Origin: Vampirovibrionales bacterium
GTDB lineage: Bacteria; Cyanobacteriota; Vampirovibrionia; Vampirovibrionales; JAJTHC01
Assembly: GCA_044346175.1 (NCBI GenBank)
Contig: JBIIZQ010000005.1
Coordinates: 86,985 to 150,984, forward strand
Direction: 5' to 3'
Length of the DNA: 64,000 bases
Translations under genes and position numbers: made by a program
Notes under the pieces: model-generated
What the model was told of the DNA's origin: nothing
The model's input: only the letters and a program-made list of their open reading frames with translations
The model's database searches: none
In this document: positions 8,903-17,275 of the stretch, piece by piece
Layout: the number at the start of each line of letters is the position of its first letter
How positions within the stretch are numbered: the first letter of the stretch is position 1

Positions 8903-10219
8903 ATGATGATGATGACCTATAAAAATGATTCTAACCTTGTGATTCTCAACCGTTATGGCAAAATGAACGGGGATAACAAGGCAGAACTCTATGAAACCTA
9001 TGACCGTATCCGTGATTTAACCGTTTCGGGACCTACCATCGGTGCCAATGGCTTAGGTAAAATAGGTAGTTTTGCGATGAACCTTGCCCGTTCGGTGAGT
9101 GGTGCACCTTTCTTGCCCACTTTTGGCAGTGAGGCGGTTTTAATTCCTGGTACCAGTTATTACGGGCCTCAAAGTGGGGGCAATGGTGCCAATGTTCCTG
9201 CTGCTGAAGCCGCATTTGGTTTATCACCCTTTGGTCAATACCCTGGCTTTGATACCACAGGGGGACTTGCTGCGAATATCCCCTTGGAGGCTTTCCAAGC
9301 CAATAGTCTTTCTGCTCAAACGCCTTCTCTTGGGATGTTTGCTGGGGGTGCCTCTTTTCTTGGGAATATTGACCAAGTTGCAGGTATCCAAGCCCCTGCC
9401 CAAAAACCCAATTTTTTTGCACAAGTGGGTAAGGGCATTGCGGGGGTTGCTGGCGGCGTGGGGGTTATGGCACTTGCGATTTTACAGAGCCTTGCAAGTG
9501 GCGGGTATCGTCCAGCCATTGGGGGAGCGAATTCTTCGGGGGTTGGGGGCTTCAATACTTTGAGTAACCCGTTAGGTTTGGGCGGTATTGGTGGGGCTTA
9601 CGGTAGTAATTTAATGGGTAGCTCAGGTGGGAGCCTATTGGGGTCTAACTTTGCGTCATCGGGTTTTAGCGGATTTGGTGGGTTTGCGTCTCAGTTGGCA
9701 GGTCAAGGCTTTGGCGGCACGGGAACTTCTCTTGCGATGCAGGGTGGTATTGGTGCTGACTTTGAAGACCTTACCGATATGGTTGGCTTTGAGTCGTCTG
9801 GCTTTCAGAGTGGTAGGGTCGCTGGCGGGGCAAGTCCTGTTACAGGCAATTTAGTGAATGGCTTGAGTTTAGCCAGTGGTGCTTTAGCAGGGTCGGGGTT
9901 TGGTCGAAACTTTGTCATGCCCTTAGCAGGTATTGCGAGTGGTATTGGTGGCTTACTCACTACGCTAGGACCCTTCTTGGGCCCCTGGGGTAGTGTGGCA
10001 CTTTCGACAGGCTCTATTTTATCAGGCGCAGCGGGGGCTGTGAATCAGTCTTTCCAACATGTGCAGAGTCGCTTTCTTGTGAATGCTGACAGTATCTTGA
10101 CGCAAAAGGTGCGTAACCTCGAAATCACGGGGAAAATGTTAGATGCTCAAGAAGACATTATGAAAAAGCTACTTAAAGATGAAGCCGATGGTGATAAAAA
10201 ACTTCTTGAGAACTTATAA
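8903..10219 (+). CDS. Gly/Ala/Ser-rich low-complexity protein (438 aa) with GFGG/FG-type repeats and a charged coiled-coil C-terminus
   Basis: Long ORF starting ATGATGATGATG. Segments such as GFSGFGGFASQLAGQGFGGTG and AGIASGIGGLLTTLGPFLGPWG. C-terminal KMLDAQEDIMKKLLKDEADGDKKLLENL. I recognise no family. Confidence 0.6.
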   Translation: MMMMTYKNDSNLVILNRYGKMNGDNKAELYETYDRIRDLTVSGPTIGANGLGKIGSFAMNLARSVSGAPFLPTFGSEAVLIPGTSYYGPQSGGNGANVPAAEAAFGLSPFGQYPGFDTTGGLAANIPLEAFQANSLSAQTPSLGMFAGGASFLGNIDQVAGIQAPAQKPNFFAQVGKGIAGVAGGVGVMALAILQSLASGGYRPAIGGANSSGVGGFNTLSNPLGLGGIGGAYGSNLMGSSGGSLLGSNFASSGFSGFGGFASQLAGQGFGGTGTSLAMQGGIGADFEDLTDMVGFESSGFQSGRVAGGASPVTGNLVNGLSLASGALAGSGFGRNFVMPLAGIASGIGGLLTTLGPFLGPWGSVALSTGSILSGAAGAVNQSFQHVQSRFLVNADSILTQKVRNLEITGKMLDAQEDIMKKLLKDEADGDKKLLENL

Positions 10220-10270
10220 AAACCTTCCTTTGATGGAGGATGGTATTAAGAGGATGGTCATGACGGTGAT

Positions 10271-12274
10271 ATGATTTTTCACAAGCTGATTACATCTGTT
10301 TTTGAAACAGGCAAACTGAAATGGGCTTCACCACAGGAGGATGTGCATAAGGGGTTATATGCCACAGAGGTACCCTCAGGAAAGCATGCCGCAGATACCT
10401 TTAAGTTGAAACACCCTCCCAAAGGACAGGGTTTTTCCTCAGAGGTACTCTATGAACACTGGATGGAGCAAGCCGCACAGGCTGAAGTTGCTCAAGCTTA
10501 CAATCAGGCATTGATTGCCTATCGTCAAGCGGCGGACATCAAACGTAATGACCCTGAGCCGTACTTAGAGGCACTGCGTGTGTGTGAGCAGGCACTTCAA
10601 CATCCAGATATGGCCTTGGAGTGGTTGCAGCTTGCCTTGCAAGAATGCCCTATGACGCTCACACTTCTTGAGCATTGGTGTCGCTTTTGTATGACTCATC
10701 ACAAATTTGACCTTGCAGAACGTGCCATACGTCAAGCAAAATCACTTTTAAAAGAGTCGATGGTTGAAATTACCTTTTTACAGGCACAGGTGTATCAGGC
10801 AAGAGGTATTTTGGGTGAGGCCTTGCAATGGTTCCAATATGTGATTCGTGAAGCATCCAAAAAGCCTGATGTCGTCCCCGAAAAATCTGCTTTAATCATA
10901 GAAAGTCATATGCAGTGTGCCCAAATTTATTTGGAACTCGGCAATACAGATGCTGGCTTGCGTGAACTACAATACCTCAGAAAATTAAATCCGAATCATT
11001 TGCATGTTTTGCAAAATCTTATTTACGCTTTGCTGAGTCATCACTACCCTAAAGAGGCGGCCCATGTCGCACGAGAAGCCTTACAGGTATTTCCTGATAC
11101 ACCCATACTCCATTACTTTTTGGCACAAGCTTTAGAGGAAGAAGGACGATTAGACCTTGCCGTAGCCAATTATCTGCATGCAAAGCGCCTTGATGATGAA
11201 GACCCCCTGTATTTATTAGGGTTATGTTTTGCCCTCCGTAAAATGTCCCGTATCCATGAGGCACTGGAATACCTTGAAGTTTCTCACCGAAAAGACCCTA
11301 AAAACACGGCTTTTTATTATCCTTTGGGCATACTCTATTTACAGTGTAAGCAGCTGGAACGTGCAGAACATTTCCTTGAGCTTGCACTGAAACACCATAT
11401 TGAAGTTGCTCAAGTACGTCCACTGCTCGCTATGATATGGCAACAAAACCCAATGAAAGCAAAGCAGGCACTGGTTGTGTTACAACAGGCACTACAGCAA
11501 GACCCTCATAATAGGGATGTACTCCATCAGTTAGGACAGTTTTATGCGACGGCGAAACAGTGGCCTCAAGCACAAATTTTTTTGGAAAAAGCCTATCGTC
11601 TTAACCCTGAAGATACTACCCTTCGTTATGACCTTGCCATGTGTTATATTGACCAAAAACTATATCCTAAAGCACTTCAACTTCTCAAACATGCCCATCA
11701 GAAGCAAAAACTTGACCTCAAAACGCACTTGCTCCTTGTGAGCCTATGCTTACAACTTAAAACAGAACTTGCTTATGCTCGAGAAGCACTGGCTAAACTT
11801 GTGGTGGAATACCCAGTGAACCCTCAAGTTTTGATATTGCAGGGAGAGCTTGCCTTACGGGAAGGTGCTTTTGAAACAGTCGATGCGATTGCACGCCGTT
11901 TAATGCTATTGCCTCAAGATGCGATTATTGAAGGACATTGGCTACTTGGACAAAAGTTTTTCCAAATGGCATTGCAAGCTCAGGCTTCCCCCGAGCAAAA
12001 AGAAGTTTGGATGAACGAGGCAAAAAAGGCATGGGAATGGGTGTTGGAACGTTACCCTAAACATGAGCCTTCTTGGGAATCGTATTTATTAGTCGCATTA
12101 CATCTTGTAAATGGTCAATGGGTGCATTACCTACGTACGTTGGAATGGTTGATTGAGCGTTATGCCCATCAGCAACCAGAGGTACTTCATATTTTGAAGC
12201 GTCAAGCCAAAAAAGCCTTATCGGGGTTTAACCTTGAAAAACATCATCCTCAAGTAGATACACTTGCCTCTTAG
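10271..12274 (+). CDS. Tetratricopeptide-repeat protein (667 aa)
   Basis: Repeated about-34-aa A/L/Y-patterned helical pairs along almost the whole length (for example AQIYLELGNTDAGLRELQYLRKLNPNH and GQFYATAKQWPQAQIFLEKAYRLNPED). Confidence 0.7.
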   Translation: MIFHKLITSVFETGKLKWASPQEDVHKGLYATEVPSGKHAADTFKLKHPPKGQGFSSEVLYEHWMEQAAQAEVAQAYNQALIAYRQAADIKRNDPEPYLEALRVCEQALQHPDMALEWLQLALQECPMTLTLLEHWCRFCMTHHKFDLAERAIRQAKSLLKESMVEITFLQAQVYQARGILGEALQWFQYVIREASKKPDVVPEKSALIIESHMQCAQIYLELGNTDAGLRELQYLRKLNPNHLHVLQNLIYALLSHHYPKEAAHVAREALQVFPDTPILHYFLAQALEEEGRLDLAVANYLHAKRLDDEDPLYLLGLCFALRKMSRIHEALEYLEVSHRKDPKNTAFYYPLGILYLQCKQLERAEHFLELALKHHIEVAQVRPLLAMIWQQNPMKAKQALVVLQQALQQDPHNRDVLHQLGQFYATAKQWPQAQIFLEKAYRLNPEDTTLRYDLAMCYIDQKLYPKALQLLKHAHQKQKLDLKTHLLLVSLCLQLKTELAYAREALAKLVVEYPVNPQVLILQGELALREGAFETVDAIARRLMLLPQDAIIEGHWLLGQKFFQMALQAQASPEQKEVWMNEAKKAWEWVLERYPKHEPSWESYLLVALHLVNGQWVHYLRTLEWLIERYAHQQPEVLHILKRQAKKALSGFNLEKHHPQVDTLAS

Positions 12275-12296
12275 AAATAGGGTGTGTAAAGTGGGT

Positions 12297-12317
12297 ACCG
12301 ATTTTTATCGGTTTTTT
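12297..12317 (+). terminator. Intrinsic terminator closing the 8523-12274 operon
   Basis: ACCGAT-TTTT-ATCGGT followed by TTTTT. Confidence 0.65.
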
Positions 12318-12361
12318 ATCGGTATGCACTTTTAGAATACGAGGTATGCTCACTCAAAAGC

Positions 12362-12389
12362 AAGGGGAAGGCTTGCAAGCCTTCCCCTT
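12362..12389. terminator. Perfect palindromic hairpin, likely terminator of the minus-strand ORF 12402-12725
   Basis: AAGGGGAAGGCTT-GC-AAGCCTTCCCCTT. Confidence 0.55.
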
Positions 12390-12401
12390 TACTCGTTTGG
12401 C

Positions 12402-12725
12402 TTAGCCAAAAAGCCCACCAATAAAGTTTTGAACCCCTCTGAAGAACCATTGTGCAGTTCCCGCAGAGTAAGGATTACTGTTCCCCATTTCTTTACGTGC
12501 GTTATCAAAGCGTTGTTCAGCTGTTTTACGCGGAGGCTGTGAGGCTCGTGTTTGCTGTGTGTTACTTGAACCTGTTGCATTGGAGGTTCTTCTGTTTGTG
12601 TCATTGGAGGTTCTTCTCTGGATTTTACTAATATCAAATGGTGGCATATCGGACTTGGGTACACTAATACCAAAACGTTGAGAGGCTTGTTGCGACAAAG
12701 AGGGGGCTTGGTGCTGAATAAGCAT
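12402..12725 (-). CDS. Orphan S/T/Q/R-rich protein (107 aa) with an internal 8-codon duplication
   Basis: ATG-initiated ORF followed by a hairpin. It contains RRTSNDTN/RRTSNATG, encoded by a 24-nt-period duplication (CATTGGAGGTTCTTCT at 12578-12593 and 12602-12617). A competing frame (12389-12826) exists, so confidence is low. Confidence 0.35.
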   Translation of the reverse strand: MLIQHQAPSLSQQASQRFGISVPKSDMPPFDISKIQRRTSNDTNRRTSNATGSSNTQQTRASQPPRKTAEQRFDNARKEMGNSNPYSAGTAQWFFRGVQNFIGGLFG

Positions 12726-12943
12726 GGTGTTAAAAATTCCGTTTTAATTTTTTGAGGGTATAATACTAAGCACACAGTAAAAAAACACACAAAAATAAGC
12801 ACAGAAAGATGATTCTGTGGCAACACAAGGGTTTAAACGTTAAGACCCCGCCTTGACGCATTTTTTAACAACCTTAAACGTAATGGTATAAAGTTGCTTT
12901 AATGAGAGCATAGCGATGCTGTTAAAAAAAGGCAAGCTCTTTT

Positions 12944-12975
12944 ATGAAAATGTTACATTATTGCAACATTTTCAT
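12944..12975. promoter_or_regulatory. Inverted repeat ATGAAAATGTT-N10-AACATTTTCAT (inner form AAAATGTTACA-TTAT-TGCAACATTTT)
   Basis: Perfect 11-bp arms read directly. Same motif as 4516-4539. Confidence 0.45.
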
Positions 12976-13035
12976 AAAACGACGCTCCTAAGCATTCATA
13001 CGTCCAACGCCTATATTCAGTATGACGTGCCTTCC

Positions 13036-13115
13036 CCTGTCACCCTGCACGGAGTGGCAGGGTCTACTACACCTCACCTCACCTTCTGGATTCCGCCACT
13101 TCGTACGGCATGACG
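13036..13115 (+). repeat. Dispersed hairpin repeat, copy A
   Basis: Hairpin ACCCTGC-ACGGAGTG-GCAGGGT, then the core ACCTTCTGGATTCCGCCACTTCGTACGGCATGACG (13081-13115). Confidence 0.7.
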
Positions 13116-13385
13116 ACGCATTCGGGCAATCGTATGAAAAAGCTCCTTCCTTCCTCTCTCTTATCTCTCTCCATGGGCCCCACAGAGAGAGAAGATGACC
13201 TATTGAGAATAATCTCATGATTTTAATCCATCAAGCTTTCTATAGCCTTTCATGCGATTACCCTACCCAGATAAAGAGAAGAGTTTGTGCTTAGGGGGTG
13301 TTTTTGATACAATACTTACTAATCAATAAGGCACTGTTGCCTGTTAATGTCTAATTCCGTTTTTGATGACTATCGAGGGTGAACC

Positions 13386-15155
13386 TTGTCAGGGCAGAGA
13401 TGCAGCAGCAATCAACCTTTTTTCGGTAGGGTGTCTTGGAATAGGCATTGCGGGCTTACCAATGGCATCCGTCATTGGGCAGTGTCTTTTTATTTGCTGG
13501 CTACACTGCTTGTATTCAGCGTGCCATGGCTTTTTGTGTGTAAGGGGTATGCACAAAGCCCTCCGACATCCCCTCAAGCTTCCCAAAAACCTACTGATAC
13601 CACACAGGCACTTCAACGTGCCTTAACCAAAGTGCGTGTTTCACCTCTTGAGAACACGCCGCTTCAGGAGTCTTTTCCTTTGCTTGACGAGCAAGAAGAA
13701 GCCCAGTACGGTATGCAGGCACTCTGTGTACAAATTAGGGTGCTTTTTCGTATTGCGGACCAAGCCCTCTTGCAAAATCATTTTGATTTGACGCTTGAAG
13801 CCCTCAACCATATTCAACGCAAGCAACGTAGGTTGCAACAGGAAATGTATCAGTTAGGTTTGACTGAAATGGCACCCGTTGCTTCTAAAAAAGAAGCCCT
13901 TTCGTCGCCATCCCATTTTCTGGATGAAGACATGGGGTATCTTTTATTACCGCTTTCGATGAGACACCCCGTTGAGCTAGAGGGGCTTGAAGCACCCAAA
14001 TTTCGTTCGTCTGTGGCACAAAATGTTATTCAAGATGTTTTTCATTCCACAGCCTACCGCCGTAAACAAAACGATGCCCTTGCACGTTTACCAGACGATG
14101 CAACCGTCCTACAGCGCTTTATATTGACCATTACACATTTGCAAAACCAACAATCACAAAAGGTGCGTTTGTCTCAACACGAGTTGGAACAGCTTCACAT
14201 TTTGCTATTACAGCAGGAGTTGTCGATTGAATCACTGCGTCAAGCATTTAGTCATCCTTGGATACAGGCGTTTTTACTTGCCCGTAAGGCGATGGCTTCA
14301 GATGCAACTCGTATGAGTCAGGTGGCTTATCTCCAAGAGGCTGGGAATCATTTACGTAAGCCCTTTTTCTCGCCCTCCTTGCTTCAAACCTTGAAACGTG
14401 TCCATCCTTCTTTGGATACGCAAGCTTTAGAGGTTAATCTAGTCCCTTTTTGGCAAGGGTATGTGGCTTATCTTATGCGTCTTGTTCAACAGACGCATAC
14501 CCCTGAGTCTTTGCAACAAGGGGTGTGTTTAAGGCACACGCCCTTTACGCAAGCGGTTGAAAACCATACCTTCATTTACCCTGAGGCATGGCTACGTGTT
14601 TGGTTACCCGTGGTGCGTCAAGCACGGTATTTAAGCTTGTTGCGTTATTCTGCCTTTGCACCCATTATGCAACAATTTGATAAAAAAGGTCGTGTGATTG
14701 ATACACCCTACTATCAGCTTTATCATCAAGTGATGCCTCGTCTATTGTTACTCTTAACTTACAATAGCCACTTTAAAACCTTAGCGATGTTTCAAGCATT
14801 TCAAAATCAGAGTAAGCATGAAGCGTATTCATTTGAGGTTGGAAACGCTAAGGAGGCTCTTGAGACTTTGCAAGCTTGGTATGTGACCCGTCCTGAGGTG
14901 CTTCCCCATTTAGAACTGGCATGGTATAAAGCCTTGAAACACGCCCGTTTGTTGGACAATCAAGAACGCCTGATGCGTCAGGCCTTGGTGTTACCTTGGG
15001 TTAGGGCGACTGCCGACCTTTCTACACACCATGTCAGCCCTGAGGTTGATGCTTTTGCTGCTTGGCAACAGAAGAGTTCTTCAGGGCTTTATGTACTCTT
15101 TGAACGTACGACCCTGAAACCCAACCGTGGGTATTTGCAAACGTTGATGAAGTAG
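13386..15155 (+). CDS. Secreted/exported hypothetical protein (about 575-589 aa)
   Basis: Long ORF with no in-frame ATG for more than 100 codons. Candidate starts are TTG 13386 or GTG 13431. The signal-peptide-like segment WAVSFYLLATLLVFSVPWLFVCKGYAQS follows. I recognise no domain. Confidence 0.6.
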   Translation: MSGQRCSSNQPFFGRVSWNRHCGLTNGIRHWAVSFYLLATLLVFSVPWLFVCKGYAQSPPTSPQASQKPTDTTQALQRALTKVRVSPLENTPLQESFPLLDEQEEAQYGMQALCVQIRVLFRIADQALLQNHFDLTLEALNHIQRKQRRLQQEMYQLGLTEMAPVASKKEALSSPSHFLDEDMGYLLLPLSMRHPVELEGLEAPKFRSSVAQNVIQDVFHSTAYRRKQNDALARLPDDATVLQRFILTITHLQNQQSQKVRLSQHELEQLHILLLQQELSIESLRQAFSHPWIQAFLLARKAMASDATRMSQVAYLQEAGNHLRKPFFSPSLLQTLKRVHPSLDTQALEVNLVPFWQGYVAYLMRLVQQTHTPESLQQGVCLRHTPFTQAVENHTFIYPEAWLRVWLPVVRQARYLSLLRYSAFAPIMQQFDKKGRVIDTPYYQLYHQVMPRLLLLLTYNSHFKTLAMFQAFQNQSKHEAYSFEVGNAKEALETLQAWYVTRPEVLPHLELAWYKALKHARLLDNQERLMRQALVLPWVRATADLSTHHVSPEVDAFAAWQQKSSSGLYVLFERTTLKPNRGYLQTLMK

Positions 15156-15158
15156 TTT

Positions 15159-15178
15159 CTACACCGTTTTTGGTGTGG
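15159..15178 (+). terminator. Weak terminator-like hairpin after 13386-15155
   Basis: CTACACC-GTTTTT-GGTGTGG followed by T-rich sequence. Confidence 0.35.
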
Positions 15179-15248
15179 TGCTATTTGTTTTTACGGATTA
15201 TCTTTTTGATAGATTGTCATTTCGCTGATTTTCAAGGAACTCTCTCTA

Positions 15249-16811
15249 ATGCGCTTTAGAATGTCCACCCTGATTGACCGTGCTGCACAGCTGAGTCTTT
15301 GTACAATGGGGATATTCCACATAGGTTTAATTGCAACGCAATTGGGTAATGCGTTTCAAAGCGTGATTGTGATGCTGGGCTTGGTACTTGTGTGGGTTTA
15401 TGTACTCCTTGCACCCGTGAATGGTCTTACGCTGTTGCTTCAAAAAGCGTCTGGGTGGCTTGGTCGTGCGTATCATTGGCCCAAGGGGCTTGTGAAAACA
15501 TGCCGTACACTTTCAAGAGCCGTGGCTATTTTAAGTATGTACGCTCTCAGTGCGTTAACACTCTTCTTGATGAGTTTGTGGGTTGTACCCACTGCATTGG
15601 AGCAGTTTACGGTGCTGCAACGTCAGTTGCCTGGTATGGTGCATCAAAGTCTTGAATGGCTGATTGAGCAACCTATCGTGATTGACACCATTGAAGAAGA
15701 TGTCCAGCAATCCTTGCAAGAGTACCGTAAACAAAAACATGGTATCGCCGTCTTAGTACCTACACGCCAACATGGAGCATCCTTACCCCATGAAGCTAGC
15801 CAGCCTCTATCACCCGCTCAAGAGAAACCTCCTTCAAAACCTCCTGCGACAAACAAGCATCATTGGACGAAAGAAGAAGCCACCTTTATTGAGACGGTTT
15901 GGCTTCCAGCCCATTTAAAAACGGTGTTCCAGTTAGGAACACCTGGTAGTGCCTCTCGTCAATCAAGTGTGCAGGGTAAACAGCCTCCCTCGAGTATGCC
16001 AACGCTTTTCCCCTCGAATGCTTCGCCTCGTGGTACGATGAATCTTCCACCTGTGAGTGGTGCGAATAGTGGGGTTCCAAATCCAGCAGGGAATAGCCTT
16101 GCTTTGGCAAGCAGTGTGGTGGGGCAAGTGCTGGCACAAGTCGCACAGGTACTGGGAGGTGCTTTGTCAGGTTTACTCTACGTCTTAACTGGTTCGGTAC
16201 TGGTATTTTATTTGCTCTTAGATGGGCCTAAATTGAAGAGTGAGTTCATTCAACTTTTTCCTATGAAGTTACAGCCACCCGTCAAACAACTTTTTTTAGA
16301 CACCCACCATATTATGTATGGTTTCGTGAAAGGGCAGGTCTTTTTAGGGATTGCCACGGGTATTTTCATGATGATTGTGTATGCCGCCTTTGGTACACCC
16401 TTTGCGTTTCTTCTTGGGTTGTGGTTTGGTGCGGCAGAAATACTCCCTGTTGTGGGGACATGGATTGGCTTTTTACCTGGTATTTTACTGATGCTTTTTA
16501 TCTCACCCATTAAGCTGTTGTTTTTAATGATGATTGTTTATATTTACCAAACCATTAAAGATAACATCGTTGCCCCTAAAGTGATTGGTGACACGATGGG
16601 ATTGCATCCTGTGGTGGTGGTTTTATCCTTGCTGATATGCTCTCAGTTGAATGGTCTTATTGGTGTGTTATTTGCTATTCCTTTAGCTAGCTTCCTAAAA
16701 GTCATTCTATTGCATATCAAAACCTATGTAGAAAGCCCAAGCCCATCGACCCCAAGTCTATCGGAATATACGGCATTATCAAATCCCCCTCCAGAGATGC
16801 AAAGCCCTTGA
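15249..16811 (+). CDS. AI-2E (PerM/UPF0118) family transporter with a long P/S-rich insertion
   Basis: The C-terminal half is typical of the family (FVKGQVFLGIATG, FGAAEILPVVGTWIGFLPG, VIGDTMGLHPVVVVLSLL). The low-complexity loop of about 190 aa is longer than I expect. Confidence 0.75.
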   Translation: MRFRMSTLIDRAAQLSLCTMGIFHIGLIATQLGNAFQSVIVMLGLVLVWVYVLLAPVNGLTLLLQKASGWLGRAYHWPKGLVKTCRTLSRAVAILSMYALSALTLFLMSLWVVPTALEQFTVLQRQLPGMVHQSLEWLIEQPIVIDTIEEDVQQSLQEYRKQKHGIAVLVPTRQHGASLPHEASQPLSPAQEKPPSKPPATNKHHWTKEEATFIETVWLPAHLKTVFQLGTPGSASRQSSVQGKQPPSSMPTLFPSNASPRGTMNLPPVSGANSGVPNPAGNSLALASSVVGQVLAQVAQVLGGALSGLLYVLTGSVLVFYLLLDGPKLKSEFIQLFPMKLQPPVKQLFLDTHHIMYGFVKGQVFLGIATGIFMMIVYAAFGTPFAFLLGLWFGAAEILPVVGTWIGFLPGILLMLFISPIKLLFLMMIVYIYQTIKDNIVAPKVIGDTMGLHPVVVVLSLLICSQLNGLIGVLFAIPLASFLKVILLHIKTYVESPSPSTPSLSEYTALSNPPPEMQSP

Positions 16812-17275
16812 GGTAACAAGAGGCATTGGCTGTTTTCGTTAAAAAACGTTACAATTTGCAGCTTTGCCCACAAAAGAGGTATACTTCTGAATGAATGGAA
16901 ATAGAAAGGCTTTTTGGGTTCTCTCATAGAGACCTCTTTACGCTTTGGGTTACTGGTCTAATACAATATCGGCTTGACGTTGTTTTGTATGCACTCGCCT
17001 GGGGCTGTCATACATGGCTATCGTCTTATGTTGCCTTACTTGGTGTTGTCTTCTGTGCAATTCCAAATGATAGCTTGTTTTTATTGTATTAAGCCGTCAT
17101 AAAACATGTCTTGTTTCACATCTTGATGTTGTGTGGATAAAGTCGGTTTGGATTGATTCGGAAACTCTGTTTAAGGATTTTTCTTTCATCGCATTTTAGT
17201 AAAATGCTTGTTGAAGAAGACCCTGTAAGGACCTGTGTGATATTGCCTAGGATTTAGGAAAGAGGTTTAACGACA

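Noticed and set aside
9033-9854. Four overlapping ORFs (9033-9422, 9174-9563, 9224-9424, 9316-9555, plus 9627-9854) inside the Gly-rich gene
   Set aside because: They are artefacts of GGN/GCN-rich repetitive codons leaving alternative frames open. None has a start context, and all are nested in the longer 8903-10219 frame.
12389-12826. 145-aa alternative minus-strand frame overlapping 12402-12725
   Set aside because: It has a non-ATG start. Its 3' end runs into the terminator palindrome, and its hydrophobic N-terminus is encoded by AT-rich promoter-like DNA. I kept the 107-aa frame, but only at low confidence.
12916-13218. ORFs 12916-13113 (+) and 12988-13218 (-)
   Set aside because: Both are built from the palindrome and the dispersed repeat copy A. 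The same repeat gives equally meaningless ORFs elsewhere (for example 57845-58039).
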